Shown here one piece after another: positions 1-12,450 of a stretch of 64,000 nt of DNA. Source of the DNA: Eledone cirrhosa (taxonomy: Eukaryota); contig OZ024747.1 of assembly GCA_964016885.1 (NCBI GenBank), forward strand, positions 91,822,001 through 91,886,000, written 5' to 3'. The translations under genes were made by a program, and so were the position numbers. The notes under the pieces were generated by a model, which saw nothing but the letters and a program-made list of their open reading frames with translations, was not told the DNA's origin and searched no databases. Each line of letters opens with the position of its first letter. The stretch's first letter is position 1.

Positions 1-107
1 TTACAAATATCATTGTCATCATTATTTCTATCGAAAGAGTGAGAGAGGGTGTGGAGGGAGGAGAGCAGGAAAGAAGGGGAGAAGGGGAAATATGTAGGGG
101 AAATAAT

Positions 108-294
108 TGTTTCTACTTTTGGCACAAGGCCAGCAATTACCCAGTGTATTACTGGTACTTTATTTTATCGACCCCATAAGGATGAAAGGCAAAGTTAACC
201 TCGGCGGGATTTGAACTCAGAATGGCAAGGGCCGTAACTCTATGCGTCAAAGCATGGCGTCCGACCCTCTACCGATACTGCCAATCCACTGGCC
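108..294 (-). mobile_element. tRNA-derived SINE (octopod-type), full length, with 18-bp target-site duplication
   Basis: Minus strand has A-box-like TGGCAGTATCGG and B-box GAGTTCAAATCCC; identical ATATGTAGGGGAAATAAT at 90-107 and 295-312; same family recurs many times in the window. Confidence 0.9.
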
Positions 295-1133
295 ATATGT
301 AGGGGAAATAATGCAACCTGTCCTCATCAAACGAAACATGTTCTATAATTTCTTATAAGATGATGCTAGAAACTAAATTAAATTTTTATAAATATTTTAA
401 AGCTTCTTTTTTTGCTTGCCTTTTTCTGTTTATTTTTTTAATAGTTTTAATTTGTTTTATTTAGTTTTCTATAAAACTTGCATTGTCACTTCTTTGTTAA
501 TTTCTTTAATTCTAATTGAATTACAGTTTAGATTTCTGGCGAGAGAGAAACGGTTTTTGATTCCTGCAAGAGATTCTATTTAGTTTTAAGTAAGAGCGGC
601 TGGAAATATAAATTGTTTATCAATATTTTTCTGAATATTGTATTAAAATTGTATTATCAGTTAGTATAATCCAATCATTTTCACTTTCATCAAGCATGTG
701 TATATAGCTTGCGTTTATCAATGTGTTCATATATTTTGTTCATTAATGAATCAACATTTTGGGAAAATGCCACTTTCCTCATGCACACAGAGGTTTCCTA
801 AAATATACACACGCCCAGCAGAAGAATGTTGGACTGAAACAGAGAGAGGGAACATAGGAGTGGAAGAGAAAATTAAAAGGTAGAGAGAGAAAGAAAATAA
901 AAGAGATAGAGAAGGTGAAGGAGAAAGAATCAAGTGAAACTAAGAGCTATATTTCCTGGCATTAGCTAATAAGATGAATCTAGCCATTTAAAGTTATGAT
1001 TGGTAAGTATACCACCATTAACGTTTCTTAGAGTAGATCTATGGCATATCAGTCGCATATCTCATGTTGAGAAACAACATCCAAAGAGAGATATACAAAT
1101 ATATCTCTTACACAAACCTTTTGAAATTTATAA

Positions 1134-1345
1134 ATTAACCCTTTAGCATTTACATTACTCTATATTTACTATTGTATTTTCGCAGTAAATGCTTTATCTT
1201 ACATAAGTATTTCACATAATATCGAATCTATGATTTAGTATTATTTATTTTTAGAACAATACCTTAACATCAGTATGAGTAGCGGGTTACAGCCGGTTTG
1301 AACAAAAAGAGGTGAGAGAATTTTGGCCGGTTTAAATGATAAAGC
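1134..1345. mobile_element. Degenerate MITE with TTAACCCTTTAGCATTTA-type terminal inverted repeat
   Basis: Left end TTAACCCTTTAGCATTTA; right end TTTAAATGATAAAG is a decayed reverse complement; non-coding interior. Confidence 0.45.
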
Positions 1346-4345
1346 AAAAGCTCATAGTATCCGAGAGATGGTATTTTATAAGCAGGGAAAGACTTCATGC
1401 ACATTCTGAATATCAATTTCTATTATGGATATCATGGCTGGATATTTTCAGTGGCATCACTTTATATAATAATTTTAATACAGACTATCTGGCCCAAATA
1501 TTTAGAATATGAAACCTGTAGCCTCTATAGTATTCGCTTGAATGTGATTTTGTTTCTACATTAAGCTGCTTACGTGATTATCAAAGAAAATATTTCTCAC
1601 GTTCCTCTTTTTCTTTAAAATTATGTTATTGTTCAAAACCAAATCGGTGCTGATTAAGTATAATATAATTAAAATGATTCCAACCGTGATCATCCCTCCA
1701 ATTTGTATTTGATATCAAGTGTTTCACCATATTTTAAGACTATTGGATTTACATTCAGGACTACGTGACCGCTATTTCTTGTAGGATGAGGAGACAAATA
1801 GATGATTCTTCGTTACTGACAAATATATGTAGAGAACATCGCTGCAAAGAAGTTTGAAAGACATGCGTTATGAAATGTTCTCCCTCAATTTGTTTCATAA
1901 GATAAGACTGAACCTGAATGTAACTTCTGGCGTATTACATAATTATATTGTGTATTTTGTTAAAACTATCTTTTTTTCGAGAAATGGTATGAATAAATTT
2001 GAAATTCGATATCACATATACCCTATAGAATATGTTCTCATCAAATGTTTTGCGTAGAAATTGTAGAGTAGGAAATGTGAATGACAGAAGCGGTAAACTG
2101 CAGGACTAACTTTATATTGTCTTGCGTTGAAGTAAGACATAATGTAAATAACTTATACGCTGGATTCGCTTGTATTATTGAAATAGCGTTAACACCATCA
2201 TATTTTATTCTGCTAGTTGCTGTTCTGTAGAATTAGGATGACATGGAAATGAGATGACAAACATTGGTCTGTCTTCAGCGCAGCCAGAAGAGATTTGTTT
2301 TTTAATTACACCATACCGTAATACCTTATTTTATCTATGCCCCAACAATATAGATAAACACTATTATACTCGTAGTAGAATTTCTAGTATTTGGTCTAAC
2401 TAATTTCCTACCTTGATAACTCGATAAATATTTACGGCCGTCCCTGGTATTAGCTAAATAAAGTTGCTGGTTACATTTAATATCTGAGCATGTTTCATTG
2501 TATCATTTTTTTTTTGTGACGCTAAATTCCACCAGTTGCAGACTACGCATCAATATGTGATATCTCTCTCCACAAAGTTCGATCACCAGTAGCAGATTTC
2601 AAAGAGCAAAGATCAGATTTGGCTGCCGGCCTCTACTTCTCTAACCATCCAGCTTTCCTTCCACTGTATTACATTGATGTAATCAATTGGTTTCACAAAC
2701 ATTGTATTTCATGTCGTTGAAATAGGTTTATCTAACACTCCATTTTTATCTAAATACTATTCACAGTCTGTTTTATTTTAAAAGTTAGTTCATGGAAGTT
2801 AATTATATTTTTCAGTAATTATCAAGTTAAGCTGGAAGTTAGTATTTGATCGAATCGGTTGTAAAAAATAGATTGCGTTATTTCGTGTGGCTTTATAATT
2901 CATACAGCTAACAGACAGATCAGTCACAGACAGATCAAGGTTTAGGAGATATGCCTGAATGATGAAAATATATTAAATTTAGATATGGCAAACTGTATAA
3001 GTAATACCCATTCTTAATCGAGCCGTATTTTTCCTCGAACACTTTCCACTAGTAACATACCTTCAAATAATTTAGCTATTCTGAAAGATAATATTTTGTA
3101 ATTTGATGGCATCGTTAATTTATATTCAGTGGAAGCTGTCTTTCTATTTACACTTAGAGGCTATTCGTTACTATGGTAACAAACTGTATGAAGAGATTCC
3201 TCCATAGTTTCCTATAACTACTGTATTGCATCTTAGCTTTCTTCCATATTGTCACAAGGTCATTTATTATAGTCTGCCTCTATATATTGAAAATAAACAA
3301 TTTGCACGCCGAGTAAGAAAAGAGCAGTACAAAATTTGATTAAGCCAGACAGCTTAAAGAAAATAGAGAAACAGCCGTCTAAACTGCTCTAGTAAGATCT
3401 ATATAATTTGTTACCTTGATAATAGCAGTTAAATTTAGCACATCATGTGTATATCTGGGACAGAGCTGAACAATCAACGTTCAACCTTAAAAGAAAGACT
3501 TTCATAAAATTCTCAGAAACTTTTCAGCCAAACTTTGCGCTATCATAATTTAGTGTGTTCTCTAATAGTATATTCTATGGATAAAGGTTAATGATTGTCA
3601 ATGTTCTTTCCTGTTGCGTATATTCTTGCTTTACTGCTGAGCAAATTCAGTATCAAGTTAACAGTTTCAAGGCTGTATATACCGTTGTAGAAGTATACAA
3701 CAAAATAATTTTAGAATAATGTGTTTCTAAGACAGAGCGAAAAATGTTTTATAATTAGGTGTGTTTGCATACGTTAGGTGTGTTTGCACACACACACATA
3801 CATATACATATAATATATATGTATTTCTCACCCTAGCACAGGTGTAATTATGCATACGCACACCTACGCACAGCTACACACATACACACATACACGCGTA
3901 CATACACACACACACACACACTAACATACATAATACACACATACATACATACATAATACACACATACATACATATATACATACATAAATATGGACGTATG
4001 CATTATATCGATTATTAATAATAATATTCGATTCGTTTGAAAAACGAACGGCCCGATTAAAGCTGTGCTGTGCCGATGACAAATCATCATCTGTTTGTTC
4101 AACACTAGCTTTGAGGAAAAATCAATATGTTTCGGGGTCATTACTCTTTATCAAGACTGTATATCTCTGCCAATATGTTGAACAGTTGAAAATATATAGT
4201 ATTTTCTTAAGTACACATCGGCTGAGCAGCTGAGCAGCCTCATTTGCATACCGAGCATGTTACGGCTAATCTTGCCGAATATTAAAAATAAAATAAAATT
4301 TATTTTTTTTATTTAAGTATATGTATATATATATATAGGTATATA

Positions 4346-4496
<151 letters not shown>

Positions 4497-4630
4497 TTAT
4501 ATATATGTATATATATATACATATATATATATGTGTGTAGATATATGTATATTTATATATATATAAACATATATATATATATGTATATACGATATTAAAT
4601 AAATGGAAACTATATTTATAAAACCATATT

Positions 4631-4696
4631 TATTTCATTATATATATTTCAGGGATATCATATTAAAAATATGGTATGCCTTCATCAGACAAAATA
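4631..4696 (-). ncRNA. Minimal type I hammerhead ribozyme in inverted pLTR copy
   Basis: Reverse complement of the 7117-7182 motif (CUGAUGA ... GAAA UAUAUA UA). Confidence 0.7.
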
Positions 4697-4719
4697 CAAT
4701 ATAAACAGTCTTATAAAAA

Positions 4720-5757
4720 TAACCATAGAATAGTCAATTTCCTAGATGTAACATTAAATCTCAACACATGTCTTCACTATCTATTTCACAAGTTGAATGA
4801 AAACTTAAACTATGTCAGTTTTAACTCTAACCACCCCAGATCTGTTAAAAATACTATAGTGAACTCTGTTCAAAAACGTATCTCTAGAATCTCATCTAAT
4901 AAAAAGATTTTCGACGAAAAAGCCCAGTATTACAATGAAGCGTTAGCTAGAGTAGGATATAGTGATACAATTATGTACATAGATAATAATAGACAAACTA
5001 ACCAAAATAACAACAATTTTAATTACGGCAACAACTTTAACAACTATAATAGAAAGCATTATAATAATTTCAAAAGCCAAAAAAGAAATAGAACTAGAAA
5101 TATAATATGGTTTGCCCCCCCTTTCTCACTAAACATTAAAACCCACATCCCTAAACTATTTTTTAATGCTCTTGATAATCGCTTCCCTAGAACACATAAG
5201 TATCACTCAATTTTCAATAGACATACTATAAAATTAACTTACTCATCCACCAAAAATTTAGCACAAAATATTAATAGAATAAATAATAGGAATTTAAAAC
5301 CTAGCCAAAATACCGATAATAGCCTAAATAATATCCAAGTAAACAAATGTAACTGTAGAGATAGATCTAAATGTCCGTTAAATAACAATTGCTTAGTTAA
5401 AAATATAATATACAACTGTAATGTTAAAACGGACTTAAATTCTTTTAACTATGTTGGTTCCACCTCGACAGAATTTAAACTTCGCTATAATAACCACAAG
5501 AATTCTTTCACAGATCCAAGCAAAAAATCTTCAACATCACTATGAGGCTTACTCTGGCAACTTAAGCTTGATAACGTTGGATATTCGACTGCTTGGAATA
5601 TAGTCTCAAGAGGGATTCCTTTTAATTCATCTTCTGAGACATGTGACCTCTGCGCGGAGGAGATATTCTTTATACTAAAATCTAAAAATTCCCTTAATTT
5701 ACGGACAAATTTATTCAGTTGCTGCAGACATAGATTTAAATATAAATTTAAAATGTA
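4720..5757 (+). pseudogene. PLE RT-thumb/GIY-YIG endonuclease ORF remnant
   Basis: ORF 4676-5545 continues in frame past TGA at 5543 (GLLWQLK...CDLCAEEIFFI...LNLRTNLFSCCRH); the ATG at 4676 lies inside the inverted pLTR, so it is not a native start. Confidence 0.88.
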
Positions 5758-7116
5758 GTATATTTACTTATGATTTGTAATTATTTATGAAACTCGCCGA
5801 TAAATCTTTCGATTTCTTTTTTTTTTAAACATTCTTCATGAATAATTAAACTACCCTAAAAGATGATGCTCCAAATATATCGAATAAATTTTACACTAGA
5901 TAAACTTCTATAATAAATATAGGACCATCTGTAGATCAAATGGGTATCCTAAACTTTTGGAATGATCTCTGCTAGACAGGATTTGGTGAATAATTTTGGT
6001 TTTGTTTGCTTTTGATTCTGATACTTATAATGAACTTGGCAATATATTGTCAATTAAATTTGAAGGGTAGATTTCTGTGGTTGATTTGCGGGGCATACTG
6101 TGTTTTATTTTTTAATATTTTTAATATTTTTATTGATATATTGATATCTGTTGTCTATTTTATGCTTGAACGATAATCATGTAGAGTAAAGACAAGAATA
6201 TTATTGTTAAAATTAATGTAGATTCTATATATATTTATGTGTATGTACACATATATGTATACTAGAATTTTTATAGCACAATGAGAATGTTTTCGTGTGA
6301 GATGGGAATTTGCAGAGTTGATCACGTAAATTCACATGGATGTTTATAGTATCGAATCTGGGATAACCTTCTATTTTCTTTTTCTTTTTTCATGAAAGTG
6401 CATATATACTTATGTATTTCAATTTTTTTTGAAGTTTTTATCTCAGCTCTGATTATAAACCTAGGAATTTTAAACTAGACATATGATCATTATTTTTCAC
6501 ACTTTATTGATACGTGTCTCATTCATGAATACTGATATTTACATTATAATACCTAATTCATACGAATTGATATTTTAGATTGATGAAACATAATGTTTTA
6601 AATCTGCCTCGTTTATCTCTGGATATTTTTCTTTTTTTTCTTTTCTCTCTATGTTAACGGCTGTTTTCTCTCCTAACCACATATATCTCTCTCTACCTTA
6701 ATACTAGAACTAAATAAATAAATAAATATATCATTGATACGTCATTCAACTGGTGCCCAACTACCTATTTTTCTCTCTCTCTATCTCTATCTATATCTAT
6801 CTCTCTCTATTTTTTCTCTCTCTCTCTCTTTTCTCTCTCTCTCTTTTCTCTCTCTCTCTCTCCCTCTGTTTTTCTCTCTCTATCTATCTCTCTCTGTTTT
6901 TTCTTTACATGAATTTCTTCTCTCTATCTATCTCTCTATATCTATCTCTCTCTGTTTTTAGTTGCATGCATTTCTTCTTTTTCTTCGCTCTCTTTCTTTC
7001 TTTCTTTTTTCTCTATAACTGTCCCCAACATTTTTTCACTACGAAATCAACTTTTTAAATGGAAGTTGAAGTGTAAGGTATGTCAAATCTATCTATTTAT
7101 AGGACTGTTTATATTG

Positions 7117-7182
7117 TATTTTGTCTGATGAAGGCATACCATATTTTTAAAATGATATCCCTGAAATATATATAATGAAATA
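7117..7182 (+). ncRNA. Minimal type I hammerhead ribozyme in PLE pLTR
   Basis: Stem I TATTTTGT/ATGAAATA, core CTGATGA (7125-7131), stem II AGGCATACCA/TGATATCCCT, GAAA (7163-7166), palindromic TATATA stem III, AUA cleavage triplet. Confidence 0.75.
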
Positions 7183-7384
7183 AATATGGTTTTATAAATA
7201 TAGTTTCCATTTATTTAATATCGTAAATATACTCCAAATACTTGTTGAGTGCTTTTATATCAGTTATAAATATTTACTCGTTGTAACCCAACAATTTAAA
7301 TAAAACTTTGCATATATGTATATATATATATATATTTATATATATAAGCATATATATATATATATATACTGTATATGTATATTT

Positions 7385-7468
<84 letters not shown>

Positions 7469-7469
7469 A

Positions 7470-8815
7470 GGTTATAGTTCACTTGAAGCATTGTGTAATG
7501 AGGTATAAACGTGTATATATGTATAATAAAGCCAAAACAATGCAGGTATGGACATAGAACAAAGAATGCAAATGCAAAAGATATTGTTGACAATTAGTCT
7601 TTTACCTTAGATTTATTTAAATGTCCTTAATTTTCGAGATAATATCTCTTCTTCGGAGGGAAGTAAAGCGGTTTAACCAGTGTTCTAAATAGCTTGCCAA
7701 GTCATGCTGACAGGAAATGGTATAGAGTATCTGTTCTATCTGTAATGTCAAAGAGTTAAGATTAGGTGGATAAAGAGTAGTCTCCCTTTAAAAGGTTTTT
7801 TTTCTTTGTACATGCCTGCTTAAGTGTGTGGGAGAATGCATGAAGGTGTAAGTATGTGAGTGCGTGTGTGTGAGTGTGAGAAGATATGTCTATACGTAAA
7901 TGTGGGGGATAGATGTTATCTCATGTTAGAACTGGTCTTAGTGTGTGTATGTGTGAGAGAGAATAAGTGGAGGTCTAAGCGTGTGTATGTGTGTGTGCGT
8001 GCGTGTGTGTGTGGGGGGTGTAAATATGGGGCTAGAAGCTCTATCAAGTTATAAATTGGGTGTTGAGTTCTAATCTATTATTGATTGGTGGTGGTGTTTT
8101 GTCTATAATTAGTGCTTCCTTAATTCTAAGATTGCCGAGGTTTCTTTCCTTAGTTTCTATCCTAACTATTATGGTTTTGTCGGTGTTTTTGCATTTAACT
8201 AGGTGTTTCTTAAATGAGGAAGCGTTAGTATTGAGGTGTTCTTTTATTCTTATGTGGAGTGGTCTGGTGGTGCTACCTACGTAGAAGTTGCTGCATTTGT
8301 CACACTCTAGTCTGTATACGACGTAAGCCTGGTGGCATAGGTCTGTGTAATTGATGGGGCAGTTGGCTAGCCTGCAGCAGTTGTCATGTCTGGTGGAGTG
8401 TCTTTTGGTTAGCTGTCCGCGTAGAGAAGGTCCTGAGTGGGCCAGTTGGATATCTAGTCCCTCTCGTCTGATAGCACTGCGGATTGCTGTTGTTGTTTCG
8501 TCACTGAAGTGTGGGAGCTTCAGAAAGCTAGTGTTAGTGCCTCGGGTGTCGTGTCCTCTGTTCTTTCTGGTACGGTTTGTGGTGGATGTCGTGTATCCGT
8601 TCAGTTTGAGTACTTCCAGGAAATGTGTGGTGTGTGTGTCTCGGTCTCTAGCGTCGGTGCATTTGTTCCGGATACGTGTTAGTTCGTTCCTTATGTATCC
8701 AAACTTAGCGCCGGCTGGGAGGGCCGATCTGAAATGCACGAAGAGGTCCCTGCTGGCGGCTTTTTTATAGAAGCAGGTGTGGATGTTGCCTTCCTCTGTT
8801 ACCCTGAGGTTTAAA
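7470..8815 (-). mobile_element. Second, unrelated 5'-truncated Penelope-like element (RT thumb + GIY-YIG)
   Basis: Minus-strand frame NLRVTEEGNIHTCFYKKAASRDLFVHFRSALP...LKLNGY...VVYRLECDKCSNFYVGSTTRPLHIRIKEH...KEALII...PPINNR (ORF 8044-8739 plus upstream extension); 3' end runs into (TA)n near 7470. Confidence 0.88.
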
Positions 8816-9384
8816 GAAGGACGTGGAAGATGACCCAGGAGCGGAAGGCCCTTAAAACCCTAGACTACGTTGAGCGCGTCAGGCAGATGGTGCGTAACGA
8901 TCGTCGGCTGAATGTTCGACTGATGGCAAATGAGCTGGGCATGAATCGGGACAGCGTCTGGAAGATTCTCACTGAAGATTTGGACATGCTGAAAGTCTGC
9001 GCGAAGATGGTGCCAAAACTGCTGAACGATGACCAAGAAGGGTCGACGCATGCAAGTGTGCCAGGACATCCTCGAGTGTTTTAAAACCGAACCAGACATG
9101 CTAGGGACAGTCATCACCGGTGATGAGTCGTGGATCTTCGAGTACGACCCAGAGGGGACCCGTTTTGAAGACGTGGACGACATCAAAAAGGCCGTGACGA
9201 CAGATTTGCGGAGTATCCCGGAAGAATCCTTCCAGGAGTGCATGCAAGCGTAGCAGAAAAGGATGGAAAAGTGCATTAGTCTCCAGGGGGTTTACATTGA
9301 AGGAGAAAACTCTTAGTGTGAAGTTTGGGTTTGAAATAAATCTGTTGTGACATCAGTCCTGGAACTTTTCTGACACACGTCGTA
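8806..9384 (+). mobile_element. Mariner transposon remnant, 5'-truncated and internally deleted
   Basis: RFKEGR..PRSG, DRRLNVRLMA HTH, KVCAKMVPKLL, VITGDESWIFEYDPE joined directly to C-terminal GTRFEDVDDIKKAVTTDL; 3' TIR CAGTCCTGGAACTTTTCTGACACACGTCG followed by TA. Confidence 0.92.
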
Positions 9385-9490
9385 TTTAGACATATATATA
9401 TTTATATATAAAAATATGTATATTTATATATATATATATTATATTTATATATATATAAACATATATATATTTAGTGGCGATGAATTAGTA

Positions 9491-9693
9491 TGTAAACTAT
9501 ATATATGTGTTTGTATCTATATTATATCTGTATTATTTTTGACCGTCGGTCAGTCAATGGCAACATTGAGGACCGAGTAAGTTAGATCGCAGATATAAAA
9601 GACAGTGAGAAGCGAAAACCAACCAGACAGTGAGTGTGTTCTGTTATTAATTCTGGCAATATTACGCAAATATGACCCTCCCCAAGTATAACA
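9491..9693 (+). repeat. LTR-like repeat (TG...CA); related inverted copies at 10003-10052 and 12475-12783
   Basis: Ends ATGACCCTCCCAAGTATAACA; reverse complement TGTTATACTTTGGGAGGGTCAT occurs at 10003 and 12475. Confidence 0.45.
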
Positions 9694-9783
9694 ATATATA
9701 TATTTATATATATATATATAAATATATATATATTTATATATATATATATATAAATATATATATATATATGTATTTCTATATAA

Positions 9784-9822
<39 letters not shown>

Positions 9823-10116
9823 TTTATTTAAATACCAGATTATTACTATATATATATATATTTATTAAAATAACAGATTATTACTATATATATATATATA
9901 TATTTATTTGTTTATTTATATATAAACATATATATATATATATTTCGTTTCTGAATTTGTTTAGCAAGATTCTTTATCTGAAAACGTGTGTTGAAACCGA
10001 TATTGTTATACTTTGGGAGGGTCATGTTACCAATAAGAAACACACGCACCAGTATATATATATATATATATACAATGACATTAAATAAATGGAAACTATA
10101 TTTATAAAACCATATT

Positions 10117-10179
10117 TATTTTATTATATATATTTCAAGTGTGCCAAAACACTTTGATACGCTTTCTTCAGATAAAATA
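10117..10179 (-). ncRNA. Minimal type I hammerhead ribozyme (inverted arm)
   Basis: Reverse complement reads TATTTTAT CTGAAGA AAGCGTATCA..TGGCACACTT GAAA TATATA TA ATAAAATA. Confidence 0.65.
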
Positions 10180-11517
10180 TAAAGTTTGTTTTATAAATAG
10201 AGAAATACCCAGGAAAATCATACCTTATCAGTTGGATATTCTCTGGACAGTGGAAATGTATTAGGGATTTCTCAAATTTAAGGGTGAATATGCAAATGAA
10301 TATGTAAATAATTGAAAAACAACGGTTTATTTAAACGACTATGGAGAGAGAGAAGAGAGAAGAGAAGAAGGACAAAATAGTGTGAGAGAGAGAGGAGAAG
10401 AAGAAGAAGAAGAAGAAGAAGAAGAAGAAGAAGAAGAAGAAGAAGAAGAAGAAGAAGAAGAAGAAGAAGAAGAAGAAGAAGAAGAAGAAGAAGAAGAAGA
10501 AGAAGAAGAAGAAGAAGAAGAAGAAGAAGAAGAAGAAGAAGAAGAAGAAAAGCGAAGATGAGTAAAAAAACTCCTATAACGTTAATTTGAGGGAAATATA
10601 TTCGAACAATTATCTATGTAAGTATATATCTTAATAGTATGTGTATTTATATTAACGGGATATTTTACGATTATTAGTTGTTTAAAATTTGTTTATAATA
10701 TATTTTATAATATAATATTTATTTCAACATTTTTTTGTAATTTTTTCAATATTTTTCAATATTCTTTTAAATATTTTTTTTTTATATTTTCTCAAGATTA
10801 ATAACCACTAACTGATTCTGGCTAAATGTATCTTAAACATCCATACTTATTTTGACTAAATAGTCTCACACTAACGAATAAATAAATAAATCCAGAGTTT
10901 TTTCCTTATATTCCCTTTTCAATCATATAAATATAAATATTCTTACTTAATTCAGTTAATTTAATTTAATTTAAAATCATTCTCAATTTTTAAATACATA
11001 TTTATTTACATAAAATACAAAACCAATATCCCTCATAACTCATTAGAACAACTATCTATAACATGATATACCCATCTATTTATTTATTTATTTACTTATC
11101 TACTTATAACAGAAGAAAATATTATATTGTGAACAAATTTTAAACAACTAATAATAGTAAAATATCCCTTTAATACACATACTATTAAGATATATATTTA
11201 CATATATACATAGATAATTGTTCGAATATATTTCCCTCAAATTAACGTTATAGGAGTTTTTTTTACTCATCTTCGCCTTTTTCCTTCTTCTTCTCTCTCT
11301 CTCACTCTCTCTCTCTCTCTCTCTCTCACTCACTATTTTGTCCTTCTTCTCCTCTCTCTTCTATCTCTCCATGGTTGTTTTTCAATTATTTACATATTCA
11401 TTTGCATATTCACCCATAAGTTTGAAAAATCCCTAATACATTTCCACTATCCAGAGAATATCCAATTGATAAGGTATGATTTTCCTGGGTGTGTCTCTAT
11501 TTATAAAACAAACTTTG

Positions 11518-11580
11518 TATTTTATCTGAAGAAAGCGTATCAAAGTGTTTTGGTACCCTTGAAATATATATAATAAAATA
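11518..11580 (+). ncRNA. Minimal type I hammerhead ribozyme
   Basis: TATTTTAT CTGAAGA AAGCGTATCA aagtgttt TGGTACCCTT GAAA TATATA TA ATAAAATA; perfect 8-bp stem I. Confidence 0.75.
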
Positions 11581-11714
11581 AATATGGTTTTATAAATATA
11601 GTTTCCATTTATTTAATATCATTGAATATTTACTCCAGGAATTTGTTGAGTGCTCTAAATCAGTTATAAACATTTATATTTGTCAGATTTCTAACAAATT
11701 AAATACCCCTTCTA

Positions 11715-11803
<89 letters not shown>

Positions 11804-12034
11804 GTATGTATATTTATATATATATAAACATATGTATATATATATATGTATATTTATATATATATAAACATAGTATGTATATATATATATATATATATGT
11901 ATATTTATATATATGTATATATATGTATATTTATATATATATAAACATATGTATATATATGTATATTTATATATATATAAACAGATGTATATATATATAT
12001 ATGTATATGTATATTTATATATATATAAACATAT

Positions 12035-12066
<32 letters not shown>

Positions 12067-12154
12067 TTATATATATATAAACATATGTATATATATATAT
12101 ATGTATATTTATATATATATAAACATATGTATATATATATATATATGTATATTT

Positions 12155-12273
12155 ATATCAACTAGAAATAGATTGACATATATATATATAAAATAAATAC
12201 ATGAAACAATCACAGGGAATAATTTGTAAAGAATGTAGGCACACAATTATTCCCTGTGATTGTTTCATGTATT

Positions 12274-12335
<62 letters not shown>

Positions 12336-12450
12336 CAATCTATTTCTAGTTGATATGTAATTCTCGAATCTAAACTTTGAGTTTATTCTACGGTGGATAT
12401 GACGCATGTCTCTCAGGCATGACAACCCTTAGTTTTAATTTTGGATATAT
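12155..12450. repeat. Fold-back inverted repeat in (TA)n (20-nt spacer 12225-12244)
   Basis: ATATCAACTAGAAATAGATTGACA..AAATAAATACATGAAACAATCACAGGGAATAATT is mirrored at 12245-12356; the right arm extends further. Confidence 0.75.

Larger units (their letters stand above)
4588..7305 (+). mobile_element. 5'-truncated Penelope-like retroelement (RT thumb + C-terminal GIY-YIG) with inverted 5' pseudo-LTR, inserted in (TA)n
   Basis: 4588-4716 is the reverse complement of 7096-7225; coding motifs VNFLDVTLNL, SNHP, IIWFAPPFS, CNCRDRSKC (CxCx5C), IIY...YVG...RYNNH; flanked by (TA)n on both sides. Confidence 0.9.
10073..11718 (+). mobile_element. Non-coding PLE pLTR derivative in head-to-head (inverted) arrangement
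   Basis: 10073-~10706 is the diverged reverse complement of ~11116-11624; shares the ATGGTTTTATAAATATAGTTTCCATTTATTTAATATC block and downstream TTGTTGAGTGCT..CAGTTATAAA with the pLTR at 7186-7270; flanked by (TA)n; (GAA)n expansion at 10396-10550 in the left arm only. Confidence 0.8.

Noticed and set aside
5543-5545. In-frame TGA in the PLE ORF as selenocysteine (as in Naiad PLEs)
   Set aside because: It is a single TGA at a position that looks like Ser (ST.LS..W.LK), not a Cys motif; the element has a C-terminal EN and is truncated; no SECIS was recognised.
7620-7665. Hammerhead in the second PLE 3' region (minus: CCGAAGA-AGAGATattATCTC-GAAA)
   Set aside because: The core reads CCGA instead of CUGA and stems I and III are weak; probably a decayed motif. 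A similar decayed motif at ~28855-28895 was also not called.
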